Translations under genes and position numbers: made by a program | Shown: positions 29,806 to 42,788 of the stretch, piece by piece | How positions within the stretch are numbered: position 1 is the first letter of the stretch | Layout: each line of letters begins with the position of its first letter | NCBI GenBank assembly: GCA_044870765.1 | Contig: JBIOZG010000012.1 | Coordinates: forward strand, 64,001-128,000 | DNA length: 64,000 nucleotides | Origin: Nitrososphaeraceae archaeon | Lineage (GTDB): Archaea; Thermoproteota; Nitrososphaeria; Nitrososphaerales; Nitrososphaeraceae | Direction of reading: 5' to 3' | Notes under the pieces: generated by a model | Told to the model about the DNA's origin: nothing | Database searches by the model: none | What the model saw: only the letters and a program-made list of their open reading frames with translations

Positions 29806-32800
29806 AACTATAAAGAAAGCATTAGTACTGGGCAGTGGAGCAATAAAAATCGGAGAAGCAGGCGAATGTCAGAAGTTCTGACCGCCAATTTGACTATTCC
29901 GGTTCACAATGCCTCAAAGCCTTATCCGAAGAAGGAATCAAGACAGTACTGGTAAATCCCAACATAGCTACTATTCAAACGGACACTAGATTCGCAAATA
30001 AGGTATATCTGTTACCAGTTAATGTATATTATATACAACAAATAATAGAAAAGGAACTTCCGGATTCAATTATGCTTGGTTTTGGTGGTCAAACTGCATT
30101 AAATTGTGGAGTGTCTTTGCACGATGATGGGATCCTAGATAAGTACAAGATACGAGTGTTGGGAACTCCCGTGAATAGCATAAAGATAACCGAAGATAGA
30201 GAACAGTTTAAAACTGCTATGATAAAGAGTAACGTTCCTGTACTAGAGAGCGCACCGGCTTATAATTTGGAAGAGGCGCTAGGAGTCGCTGGCAAGATAG
30301 GGTATCCGGTAATAATAAGGGTAGCGTACACTCTTGGTGGTAAAGGGGGAGGAGTTGCGCATAACGAATACGAATTGCAAGAAATAGTGCAACGAGGACT
30401 TTCTTTAAGTCTAGTAAATCAAGTCCTTATTGAGAAATATATTGGGAGTTGGAAACAGATAGAATATGAAATGATGAGAGACTCAACAGGCAACACCATT
30501 GCAATTTGTAATATGGAAAACGTTTTAGGAATGAGGGTACATACAGGAGACAATATTGTAATTGCGCCATCGCAGACTATCAATAATGAAGAATATCATA
30601 GATTACGTTCTGCAGCCATTAGAGCAGTGGAATATTGCGGTATAATAGGAGAATGCAATATTCAGTTTGGTCTGGATCCCTTAAGTGAATCCTATTGTGC
30701 AATAGAAATAAATGCCAGGCTTTCAAGGTCCTCGGCTTTGGCGAGCAAGGCGACAGGGTATCCATTGGCATACATGGCAGCAAAAATGGGCCTGGGTTAC
30801 TCTCTTACAGAACTTGTTAATAGTATAACTAAGGCTACCACAGCATGCTTTGAACCTTCTTTGGATTATGTGGTGCTAAAAATGCCTAGATGGGATTTCA
30901 GGAAATTTGAATTGGTTAACAGAAGGATTGGTACTAGTATGAAGTCAGTAGGCGAAGTAATGGCAATCGGTAGAACCTTTGAGGAAGTTCTACAAAAAGC
31001 TATTAGAATGAACGATGGCGGAAAAATAGGTTTGGTTGGAAACGAAGAAAATTCAAAGGAAGAATTAGAATTAGTTGAACAAAAATTGCTGTATCCAAGT
31101 GATGAAATCTTATTCGATGTTGTTAGGGCAATGAGATTGGGAATTCCCGTAACTCGAATTAGTAAACTTTCCACAATAGATTCATGGTTCTTGGAAAAAA
31201 TCAAAAATATTGTGGAGTTATACGATAAATTACATCTGGTAGATGTGTCTGAGATTTCTGAGAATTTATTGCGAGAGGCGAAAAAATATGGATTTTCCGA
31301 TTTACAAATAGGTAAGTGTTTAGGCTTGAAAGAGTTAAGTGCAAGAAAATTGAGACAAAAGTTTGGTATCAATCCAGTCGTAAAGCAGATAGATACTCTA
31401 GCTGCAGAATGGCCTGCGAAAACCAATTACCTGTATTTGACATATGGGGGAGACAAAGATGATATTGTTTTTAGGAAAGAGAAAAATTCCGTAATTGTAC
31501 TTGGTGCAGGACCTTACAGGATAGGTAGTAGTGTAGAGTTTGATTGGGGTACAGTCAACATGGTGTGGGGTCTAAAGAATAATGGCATAAAATCTGTATC
31601 AGTTATTAACTGTAATCCAGAGACAGTGTCTACTGATTACGATATATCCGATAGATTATATTTTGAAGAATTATCATTAGAAAGGATTCTAGATATATAT
31701 GAAAAAGAACGACCAAAGGGAATAGTCACATGTGTTGGAGGTCAGACAGCAAATAATCTTGTTCCTAAATTAGGACAACTAAATATAAACATTATTGGTA
31801 CTGATAGTGTCCATACTGATATGGCCGAAGACAGAGAAAAGTTTAGCAAGTTACTTGACTCATTAAATATAAAACAGCCTCCTTGGAATAAATTTACAGA
31901 TTTAAGTGGAGCAAAGATTTTTTCTCAAAAGGTCGGTTTCCCTGTGTTAGTAAGACCTTCATACGTACTGAGTGGTGCGGCTATGAAGGTGATTTGGAAT
32001 GAAGAACAGTTAGATCGGTACATAAATGAGGCAGCTCAAATCAGTCCTGAATATCCAATTGTAATTAGCAAATTCTTTCAGGATTCTGCCGAGGTTGAAG
32101 TAGATGTCGTGTGTAATGGTAAAGATGTCATTATAGGTGCTCTAATTGAACATATTGATAATGCAGGTATTCACTCTGGAGATGCCATGATGTGCATACC
32201 ACCTTGGAGGCTGAATAGACAAACAATGGATACAATAGTAGACTACTCTAACGTGATTGCCAAAAAATTGGAGGTTAAAGGTCCTCTTAATATCCAGTAC
32301 TTGGTTAAAGATGATGAGGTTTATGTAATAGAGGCCAATGTCAGGGCTTCAAGAACCACACCTTTTGTTTCAAAAATAGTTGGAATTAACTTAATTTCGT
32401 TAGCGTCTAAAGCAATTCTCAATGGAAAATTACCAGAAGACCTTAACGAGCCATGGTTAAAAATAAGTGGTTTTGGAATAAAAGTACCACAATTTTCATT
32501 TATGCAATTGGAAGGTTCGGATATAGTATTAGGAGTTGAAATGCAATCGACCGGCGAAGTAGCCTGTCATGGAAACAGTTTTTATGATGCCTTATCAAAG
32601 GCCTACGAAGCAGCCGGATATAATTTACCACTTTCAGGATCTGCCCTGATAACCATTGGAGGGCAAAAAAATAAAGAAAAAATGCTTTCGGCAATCTCAC
32701 TTATTAACTTCATGAAATTTAATTTATTGGCAACAGAACACACTGCTGAATTTATCAAAAGTAGAATAACTAATAGCGTTCAGGAAGTACACAAGATAAG

Positions 32801-33062
32801 CGAACCAATAAGAAAACCCAACATTGCAGATCTTCTCTACAACAAGAAAATAGATTTTATTATAAACATTCCATCAACGTCCACTATTGAAAAGTATGTT
32901 GGTATGCTTGATGATGAATATCAAATCAGAAGAAAGGCAGTTGAAATGGGAGTTCCAGTGCTTACAACAGTAGAGTCTGCAATTTCTTTCATACATTGCT
33001 TAGAATGGAGAACCAAGAATAAACCCTCAATAAGCCCACTCTCCAAATATCGTATTAATTAA
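29792..33062 (+). CDS. carB: Carbamoyl-phosphate synthase large subunit, join(29792..29866,29889..33062), about 1082 aa after removing a 22-nt insertion
   Basis: Exon 1 reads (F)PKNETIKKALVLGSGAIKIGEAGE; exon 2 reads FDYSGSQCLKALSEEGIKTVLVNPNIATIQTD and continues in frame into ORF 30072..33062 (GGQTALN, HTGD, EINARLSRSSALASKATGYP). Confidence 0.93.
29867..29888 (+). other. Putative bulge-helix-bulge mRNA intron in carB (22 nt)
   Basis: GGCG-AA^T-GTCAGA-AGT-TCTGAC-CGCC-AA^T; cutting after the 2nd nt of each 3-nt bulge gives GAA|TTT (E|F). Confidence 0.85.
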
Positions 33063-33843
33063 AGTCAGGATTAAAAACTTCACCTAAAGTATTCTCATTT
33101 CCAATAATAGTTCCATGTATTGAAACTACTAAACATTTATCTATAATTTCTTTTTTTAATATTTTTTTCAAAATAGGTGAATTTATTTTCCCTTTTCTAG
33201 GTATGCCATGCCCATAGACATATCTATTAAATGATGGTAACAATACTATATCGAGAGATCCTTTTGTACTTGGAAATATGGCCTCTTTTTTTACTTTCAA
33301 AAAGATCCACACCTTCTGTCCACTTAAAATACTATTCTCTCTAAAAAATGTAGGATGTATGTGTCCCATAATTACTTTGTTTATGTTAGATCTTAGCTCT
33401 GATGGAAATGTATGGCCATGTGTCAATAGAATATCGTCTAATACCATTCCTTTAACACCAATTAGGTGTATATTGTCAGGAGATATTAATGCTATTCTTG
33501 AGTCGTGGTTTCCGGGAATCAAATAGACTTCGCAAATTTCTGCCAATGAGTGTAAAAAATTAGGAATTAAATTCCAATCTTGCTTTTCCATTTTAAATAT
33601 GTTGTCTTTAATGTCACCAAGTAAAACAATGGAATTTACCTTGTTTGAGATAACAATATCTCTTAATTCTGTTTCGATATCTTTTATAATATGATACCAG
33701 TCAATAGCGATATCACTACTGCGTAACCAGTATGCAATACCTATATGTAAATCACTAATTACCAATACCCTATTCGGTTTACCATCAATAAATATGTCAA
33801 TCAATAAAGCTGGTTTATTTTCAACTATATTGAGCTGACTCAT
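33055..33843 (-). CDS. Calcineurin-like metallophosphoesterase
   Basis: SDLHIG, LGD, PGNHD, THGH, MGHIHP, LPSFN; ATG 33843 preferred over 33903. Confidence 0.88.
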   Translation of the reverse strand: MSQLNIVENKPALLIDIFIDGKPNRVLVISDLHIGIAYWLRSSDIAIDWYHIIKDIETELRDIVISNKVNSIVLLGDIKDNIFKMEKQDWNLIPNFLHSLAEICEVYLIPGNHDSRIALISPDNIHLIGVKGMVLDDILLTHGHTFPSELRSNINKVIMGHIHPTFFRENSILSGQKVWIFLKVKKEAIFPSTKGSLDIVLLPSFNRYVYGHGIPRKGKINSPILKKILKKEIIDKCLVVSIHGTIIGNENTLGEVFNPDFN

Positions 33844-33995
33844 TTGATAGCTTGATACATATTCGCATAATAAAAACATTGGATACTTCAGACAAGAAAA
33901 CAAATTGATTTACGGACTAACATTGTTGTTGACAATAGTTTTTGAAAACAAATATTATCCAATAGATTATTATCGTATGACCTAGGACCCTGATT

Positions 33996-34532
33996 GTGAA
34001 CGACATACCTGATTACAATTTGCTTGTAACAACCTTCAAGTATAGAGAAACCGATGCTTTTGACGAATTACTCCAGATCTTAGATACACTTGGGGATAAG
34101 AATCCTACAATTGAAATTACGCCTATTTCAGGGATCATAGTAGCCAAAACATGTATGGACCCCTTCCAAGTAGTAGAGGCCTGTAGAGAACTTGTAAGAA
34201 ATGAACCGTGGTTATTTAGGTATGTTCTCAGAATTATACCGCTGGAAAAAATTTGCAGGGCTGAATTGACTGAGATTCATAATATTGTCAAGCAACTTTC
34301 CATGAAAATAGGTGACGATGAAACTATCAAAGTTATTATAGAAAAAAGACATACCAATTTACGTTCTAATGAGATTATTTCTAATGTTACTAGAGATTTA
34401 GATATTAAAGTAAACTTGAGCGATCCAAATTGGATAATATTAATTCAAATAGTAAATAGATTGGCTGGTATTTCAGTTCTGAGATCCGATCAAATTTTTA
34501 GCTCTGTCAGAGAAAAGATCTCAATTCAGTAA
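33996..34532 (+). CDS. THUMP-domain RNA-binding protein
   Basis: RYVLRIIP, IEKRHT, KVNLSDPNWII. Confidence 0.85.
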   Translation: MNDIPDYNLLVTTFKYRETDAFDELLQILDTLGDKNPTIEITPISGIIVAKTCMDPFQVVEACRELVRNEPWLFRYVLRIIPLEKICRAELTEIHNIVKQLSMKIGDDETIKVIIEKRHTNLRSNEIISNVTRDLDIKVNLSDPNWIILIQIVNRLAGISVLRSDQIFSSVREKISIQ

Positions 34533-34616
34533 AAGAAAATAGCTCATTATTTTCAACTCTCTTATTTTGATATTTTGATAATTTGGCTTGTCTGATAAAA
34601 TTGTATGGCCCTCAAT

Positions 34617-35171
34617 CTATTGTGAAACAAGAGCCGCTTTTTCTGTCAATATTTTTAAAAATTCCTTTGTACTGAAATTCGTATTTGTAAACTGCATCGC
34701 TCTGCATATGTCAACCATTTTTTCTCTTGTAGCATTCATCAGTGAGTCATTTTGATCAGCTATTGTTTTCCTCAAATATCGTACAGACTTGATAATTTGA
34801 TATTTAGTATCAGATAATAAAACGAAACATCCAGAACTATTATTTTTTATGCCTCCAATATTAATTGCCTTATCAACCTGGTTACTGCAAATTAGTCTTA
34901 ACAAGAGTTCCATTTCCAATCTTTTAGCAACTTTTATCTTTCTCTTGTTTGCCTCTAAAATAATCTTCAATACCTCGAAGATGTGTTCTTTCCCAAATAT
35001 GTGACTTGGGTTAATACCTTGAATCATTACTGTGGGATACAATTCTCTAAACTTTGTTATAGAAGTTCCTATATCTGGCATATGTAAAGTCTTGGCACAT
35101 AGTATCACTACATATGTTGAATCAATTTTATATAACGGAATGTTGCTAATTGTATCTATCTTTTCTGCCAT
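34617..35171 (-). CDS. cgi121: KEOPS complex subunit Cgi121
   Basis: MELLLRLICSNQVDKAINIGGIK; C-terminal LTEKAAL. Confidence 0.8.
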   Translation of the reverse strand: MAEKIDTISNIPLYKIDSTYVVILCAKTLHMPDIGTSITKFRELYPTVMIQGINPSHIFGKEHIFEVLKIILEANKRKIKVAKRLEMELLLRLICSNQVDKAINIGGIKNNSSGCFVLLSDTKYQIIKSVRYLRKTIADQNDSLMNATREKMVDICRAMQFTNTNFSTKEFLKILTEKAALVSQ

Positions 35172-35201
35172 GCCAACATGACTGTATTTAAATTATAAGA
35201 G

Positions 35202-35453
35202 CTATCCACCATGGATTAAGTTCGCAATTGTTACAATATCTCCAGATTTAATTTTTTGGTCATTTCCAGAAATTGATAAATCCGCACCATTAATCAAAAT
35301 TAACAGGTTTTCCTTATCGATATGCTTGGAATTATTCATGCGCTCATGAAGGATGGAAAATATATTTGATATCGTAGTCTCTTTTTGATGAATTATTATG
35401 TTGTCTTTGCCACAATATTTCTTAATGGATCCTAGTAACTTTAAGGTGATCAA
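35202..35453 (-). CDS. MoaD/ThiS/SAMP ubiquitin-like protein
   Basis: 83 aa, LILING, ends IHGG. Confidence 0.88.
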   Translation of the reverse strand: MITLKLLGSIKKYCGKDNIIIHQKETTISNIFSILHERMNNSKHIDKENLLILINGADLSISGNDQKIKSGDIVTIANLIHGG

Positions 35454-35476
35454 TCTACCAATAATGACCTAGTTCG

Positions 35477-35698
35477 TTATGTCTCCTCGACATCTTCCTC
35501 AATTTTCTTGTTTTGTTCTTTTGTTTGCCTGTTGATATATGAAGCAATAAAACCGGCTATCTGATTTCTCAGTTCTTTAGAACTAACTGTTGCGAGCTCG
35601 TCTATTGTTTTCTTATTCTGTTGAAAGTCAACGTTGAATTTATCTGGATATCGGTTTAAGAGCTCTGTTGAAAATTTCTTAACTCTATTCAATATCAC
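35477..35698 (-). CDS. rps17e: 30S ribosomal protein S17e
   Basis: DFQQNKK...SKELRNQIAGFI. Confidence 0.93.
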   Translation of the reverse strand: MILNRVKKFSTELLNRYPDKFNVDFQQNKKTIDELATVSSKELRNQIAGFIASYINRQTKEQNKKIEEDVEET

Positions 35699-35756
35699 AC
35701 ACTAATCAGTAAAGGCTATTTTATACCTTCCTTATTACAGAAACTATAGATACGCG

Positions 35757-36527
35757 TTAGTCAAAGAATAAAATTGAATTATTTGCTATTCTTTCCATTA
35801 CGTTCCTTGGCGATTCGCAAAGAAGTTCTGCTATACTTCTTACAATACTCACAAGACATGAAGTGGGAAGAGTAAATACATTAGTAAAGCAAGATGGATA
35901 TCTCACTGGTCCGTCAGTTTCAATTAATAATCTTTCTTCATTTGTTAACTTTAGCAATTTTTGCTTTCTCTTAGAGTATACCAACGATGGCCCATAAGAG
36001 AGATACAATCCCATATCAAGTGACTTTTCTAATTGTTGTGAGGATCCATCAAACCAATGAAGACATACTTTTTTCAAATTAAATGTAGATAATAAACTCA
36101 GAATTTCGTCAAGTGAATTTCTAGAATGAATAGAAACTGGTTTACCATAGTTTTCTGCAATAGTTAACATCTTGTTGAATACCTGGTATTGTAACGCTTT
36201 TGTATTTCCTTCTTGATCGTAGTACGCGGGATCCAATCCAATTTCACCAATACCATCAATATTATTTACATTGTCAGTAACAATTTCCTCAAATTTTGAT
36301 ATATTCTCAGCCGCGTATTGTGGATGAATTCCAATAAAATTATAAACAGAATCATGAACGCTTTTTTCCTCAAAGAGTCTTAACGCCTTTAACGAATTTG
36401 AATTATTCACTGTCACTGAGCACGCTTTCAAATCCAGTCCCTTTATAGTTGCGAGTATTGATGGCAAAAAATTATCATATACAGGATCTGTAAGATGGAT
36501 GTGAGAGTCGCATAATACAAGTTTCAA
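35757..36527 (-). CDS. tatD: TatD family hydrolase
   Basis: DSHIHL, GIHP, GEIGLD, SIHSR, ETDGP. Confidence 0.9.
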   Translation of the reverse strand: MKLVLCDSHIHLTDPVYDNFLPSILATIKGLDLKACSVTVNNSNSLKALRLFEEKSVHDSVYNFIGIHPQYAAENISKFEEIVTDNVNNIDGIGEIGLDPAYYDQEGNTKALQYQVFNKMLTIAENYGKPVSIHSRNSLDEILSLLSTFNLKKVCLHWFDGSSQQLEKSLDMGLYLSYGPSLVYSKRKQKLLKLTNEERLLIETDGPVRYPSCFTNVFTLPTSCLVSIVRSIAELLCESPRNVMERIANNSILFFD

Positions 36528-36585
36528 TTCAGATTCTGGTCTTCATAAGATAAACTTATCAATTTATTTAAAACAACTAAGTCCT

Positions 36586-36795
36586 TCATGTAACCAATTC
36601 TATCCTTCTCTTATCTTTCGTTAGCCAACTAACTCTCACTAATCCAAATATCTCTAAATCCAGTAACGTTTTGTTTAAATCAGCAACTGTAATTTGTACT
36701 CCATCCTTTTCTAAATTACTCACTAGCTCATTATCTGACAAATTTCCTACCTCTTTTATCTTTTCTAATACAATATTTCTTAATGGATATTTCAA
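36586..36795 (-). CDS. Small winged-helix-like hypothetical protein
   Basis: 69 aa, LNKTLLDLEIFGLVRVSW. Confidence 0.7.
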   Translation of the reverse strand: MKYPLRNIVLEKIKEVGNLSDNELVSNLEKDGVQITVADLNKTLLDLEIFGLVRVSWLTKDKRRIELVT

Positions 36796-37029
36796 GTATC
36801 TTCACTGATTTCAGAATATAATTATGATTACTTGATTTGAAGCATATTATAAATGCTCTTTTAAAAATTCATGATTTATTTTTAAGTAAATAAAAAGTAA
36901 TCAAATTATTTCTTCGTTTTTAATGAAAGTAAGTCAAAAATCTGTTGGCGCACTTTAATTTCTACGAGTCTAATACACGAGATCAATAGAAATAAAGAAA
37001 AAATAATCATGAAATAAATCTGATTTGAA

Positions 37030-37329
37030 TTAATTTTCCAGTGGCTTTAGAGTAAAGACAAATCTTGATCCTTCAAATTCAGTTACTCCCTGTCTTTCCC
37101 AGTTTACTTCATAATTGTGGGTAATTTGTTTTCCAATAATGCTAATTTTTCTAGGAAGTTGAGAAAACAGGCTCTCTACTTTTTCCAGATTTTTTGTCAT
37201 CAATAATGATCTTCGCCTCTTCATCAGGTACTTCACTGCAACATTTTTGTGAAGATATCCATATTCCTGAATCTTTTCATTTCCGTTATCAATAATGAAT
37301 TCGCGCTTGGTCATTGCGAATATCAGCAT
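37030..37329 (-). CDS. Hypothetical protein
   Basis: 99-aa ORF filling the gap; no motif recognised. Confidence 0.65.
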   Translation of the reverse strand: MLIFAMTKREFIIDNGNEKIQEYGYLHKNVAVKYLMKRRRSLLMTKNLEKVESLFSQLPRKISIIGKQITHNYEVNWERQGVTEFEGSRFVFTLKPLEN

Positions 37330-37510
37330 TATTTACTTAAAAAGAAACATTGTCAAATCTATTAGAACAACATGGGTGAATTTAATCGCATGAGGATTGT
37401 TTCTAGCATCTCGTAACTCAAAATTTTAACATTTTGTAATTTTTCGTACATTATCCGTACATTTTAAATAAATAAGAAAGGTTTATTACTTTATTTGCTA
37501 AATTAATTGT

Positions 37511-38170
37511 ATGTATTCTCAGACTTATTCTGTTCCTCATGCAGTTAGACAGATTATAGGATCAAGTACGTTATTTTTTCAAGCGTTAAGCACGGGCATA
37601 GCAAATTATACCGCTTTGGCCCAGAAGATAAAACCAGAAGTCGAAAAGCTGACAAAATCTGAAGTTAATGTAAATACTCTAGTAGTAGCGATTAAGCGAT
37701 TTGCAGATTCTCTCGACGGAATTGATTATGAATACCATCCAATTTTTGAAGGGGTGAGAATGAGCTTGACGGGTAGTATTATCGATATCGATTTTCACGA
37801 GACTGACGACGTCTATCAAGTATTAGATGAAATATTTGAGCTTAGTAGCGGATACAATATGTTCAGGACTAATAAGCAAATTAGATTGTTTGCTGAAGAT
37901 ATTGATGAAATTCGGACTATGTTCAAATCATCCCCCAAGCGAGCTATTGGAGAAATAACGGATGGTCTCTCTAAAATAACAATTACTGTTCAATCAGATA
38001 AGGAAAATACATACGAAGTATTGTCACTTGTTCTGTCATTATTGCATAACAACCGTATTCTACTGTACAATGCTTTTTTCACACAAAATGAAATAATTTT
38101 AATTCTGGGGATGAATGATGCTGCCAAGGCTTACGAAGTAATCAGAGAAAAACTATATGGCCAGGAATAG
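37511..38170 (+). CDS. ACT-domain-containing protein
   Basis: NYTALA...LVVAIKR N-terminus; ACT-like C-terminus. Confidence 0.7.
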   Translation: MYSQTYSVPHAVRQIIGSSTLFFQALSTGIANYTALAQKIKPEVEKLTKSEVNVNTLVVAIKRFADSLDGIDYEYHPIFEGVRMSLTGSIIDIDFHETDDVYQVLDEIFELSSGYNMFRTNKQIRLFAEDIDEIRTMFKSSPKRAIGEITDGLSKITITVQSDKENTYEVLSLVLSLLHNNRILLYNAFFTQNEIILILGMNDAAKAYEVIREKLYGQE

Positions 38171-38231
38171 TAACCGCTACTTCTTACTGCATTCAGTGTG
38201 ACAATCAAATAATATTTGTTACTATCTGATA

Positions 38232-40451
<2,220 letters not shown>

Positions 40452-40640
40452 TCAATATTCTTAGTAATCCAATTATCAGATGACTGTATTCTAATTTCCA
40501 ACACTATGTTTTTAGGAAAAGCACGAGTCTTTTTCATATTTTCACTGCAGAAAAATTAGATTTGTATTGTAATTAGGCATCTAGTATTGCACCTACCAAA
40601 ACGTTAAAATCATGATGATGATTAATTCGATTGGACCGTT

Positions 40641-41369
40641 TTGGGTAAAAGAACTTTAGTACGTAGAAGGGGTAAAGGAGGTAAACAATTTCAGGCCATA
40701 AAAAGAGGAAAAATTGTACCTGCCAAGTATCCAAATTTACAATTGACTGAGCAGAGAGTTGGTTCGATAGTTGACATTGTTCACGAAAGAGGTAGGGATG
40801 CACCATTGGCTAAAATTAAATTTGATAAAGAGTTCAGCTACTTACCTGCTCCTGACGGCATGGAAGTTGGAGAAAAAATCCAAATCGGAAATAATGTTGA
40901 CTTTAAATCAAATAATATTTTGGCCCTAGAATCTATTCCAGACGGTACGCTGATTTGTAATCTAGAAAGGAACATTGGTGATGGAGGAAAACTCGTGAAA
41001 TCCGCTGGATCATCTGCCATTGTATTTTCCCATACCTCTCAAGGTGTGTCGGTAAAATTACCATCCGGAAAATTTACTACATTAAATCCAAAATGTAAGG
41101 CAATGATAGGAATTGTTTCTGGTGCAGGTCGAAAGGAAAAGCCATTTCTCAAAGCTGGAAACAAAGCTAAATACATGATCGCACACGGCAAGCTTTATCC
41201 CACAGTTAGGGGAATAGCACAAGCTGCGGTTTATCATCCACATGGTGGTGGAAGACATCAGCACGTAGGTCGCCAATCATCAGTCGGAAGGACAACACCT
41301 CCTGGTAGGAAAGTGGGAAATATTGCACCACGAAAAACTGGCCGAGCCAGAGTAAAAAAGAAAGAATAG
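40641..41369 (+). CDS. rpl2: 50S ribosomal protein L2
   Basis: MGKR...RGRDAPLA...HPHGGG...PPGRKVG. Confidence 0.96.
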   Translation: MGKRTLVRRRGKGGKQFQAIKRGKIVPAKYPNLQLTEQRVGSIVDIVHERGRDAPLAKIKFDKEFSYLPAPDGMEVGEKIQIGNNVDFKSNNILALESIPDGTLICNLERNIGDGGKLVKSAGSSAIVFSHTSQGVSVKLPSGKFTTLNPKCKAMIGIVSGAGRKEKPFLKAGNKAKYMIAHGKLYPTVRGIAQAAVYHPHGGGRHQHVGRQSSVGRTTPPGRKVGNIAPRKTGRARVKKKE

Positions 41370-41435
41370 AAATTTACTCCCAAAAACTTTTTTGTAACGT
41401 TATCCATATTGAGAATAAAATAAGGAGTCACTAAT

Positions 41436-42086
41436 ATGGAGATCAGCAAGCTATTTGCATTAATGCAGAGCACCCTTAGGGATAATAATCTTGTAAGACC
41501 CACTGCTCTGAAAAATCTGCAAATTCAGGAAGACGGTGACCCATTCAAAATATTGATTGGAACTATATTGTCCACACGAACTAGAGACGAAGTTACTACT
41601 GCCGTAATTAAAGCGTTATTTTCTAGATTCAAGAATCCTGATGAGCTATCTAGAGCGAATTTAAGTGACATAAAGAAACTGATACAGAAAATTGGCTTTT
41701 ATAATGTCAAGGCCTCTAGACTAAAAGAAGTATCACAATTAATAATCAAAAAATATAATGGCGAGGTACCATCTAATCTAGATGACCTCCTTACGCTTCC
41801 CGGAGTCGGAAGAAAGACTGCTAATTGTGTGCTGGTCTACGGTTTTAAGAAGGCCGCCATTCCGGTAGACATACATGTTCATAGAATTTCCAATAGGATT
41901 GGAATTGTAAATACAAAAAACCCTGAGGAAACGGAAAATGTCCTACAAAAATCAATAGACAAGAAATATTGGATTAGAGTGAATGAAACTTTTGTAACGT
42001 TTGGCCAGAATATATGCTTGCCAATTAAGCCTAAGTGCAATGTTTGTCAGTTGACAAAAATGTGCAAATATTATTCAAAAAAATAG
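41436..42086 (+). CDS. nth: Endonuclease III
   Basis: HhH LPGVGRKTAN, VDIHVHRI, C-x6-C-x2-C-x5-C. Confidence 0.93.
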   Translation: MEISKLFALMQSTLRDNNLVRPTALKNLQIQEDGDPFKILIGTILSTRTRDEVTTAVIKALFSRFKNPDELSRANLSDIKKLIQKIGFYNVKASRLKEVSQLIIKKYNGEVPSNLDDLLTLPGVGRKTANCVLVYGFKKAAIPVDIHVHRISNRIGIVNTKNPEETENVLQKSIDKKYWIRVNETFVTFGQNICLPIKPKCNVCQLTKMCKYYSKK

Positions 42087-42788
42087 CTAGTCTCTTTTTT
42101 TTCTAATAATTAATACCAGTACAATTGAGCCAATTGCAATCATCGTTATTAATGGCAGGTAATACAATGGAGACTCTGCAGGGTTACCAAATAAGATGTC
42201 GAATGAAATTGTACCGCTATTTGAATTGTCTGGATCAGTTGATTCATCTTTACCATATATCGATATCGATCCAACAACAAAATCATTTACTGACAATTTG
42301 TCAATTATGATTCTCTTGCCATTCGTAATGGTCAGACCTTGATTGTTTGCATGGGCTACAAATATTGGTTGATCCCTAGACCATCCGTCTTTTTCTCGCT
42401 CATATACCCGTATATAGCCTGATTCATTGGTGTTAATTGCTGCCCAGAACTTTCCAGTTATATCACCAAACATTGCTAGTTCTATGAACTTTTCACTAGG
42501 TGCAGGTTCTTGAATCTTTATCACAGTTTTTGCATTTTCTGAATTTGAGTAGGTTAAATTATTTTGAATAGTCAACTGCCAATTGGTTGGTATAGGTTTT
42601 GAAAAGTCATATACTAATGGTTGTCTTCTATATGCATTAGACGCATCATAATCAACAACAAATCTTTCAGAATTCTTTGTTTTGATAATGTCATGAATAC
42701 TACTCTGTCCACTAATTGACATAATTGGGAAAATTAAGAACAATACAAATGCAATAATTCCAACTTTCAATAGTCCTGTCAATTTCAT
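42087..42788 (-). CDS. Hypothetical exported protein with C-terminal TM anchor
   Basis: N-terminal signal-like segment; C-terminal TM followed by RKKRD. Confidence 0.75.
   Translation of the reverse strand: MKLTGLLKVGIIAFVLFLIFPIMSISGQSSIHDIIKTKNSERFVVDYDASNAYRRQPLVYDFSKPIPTNWQLTIQNNLTYSNSENAKTVIKIQEPAPSEKFIELAMFGDITGKFWAAINTNESGYIRVYEREKDGWSRDQPIFVAHANNQGLTITNGKRIIIDKLSVNDFVVGSISIYGKDESTDPDNSNSGTISFDILFGNPAESPLYYLPLITMIAIGSIVLVLIIRKKRD

Noticed and set aside
30072-33062. ORF-track start of carB at ATG 30072, or treating carB as a frameshifted pseudogene
   Set aside because: About 86 conserved N-terminal codons lie upstream, the rest of the gene is intact, and the single disruption is a structured insert that can be excised precisely.
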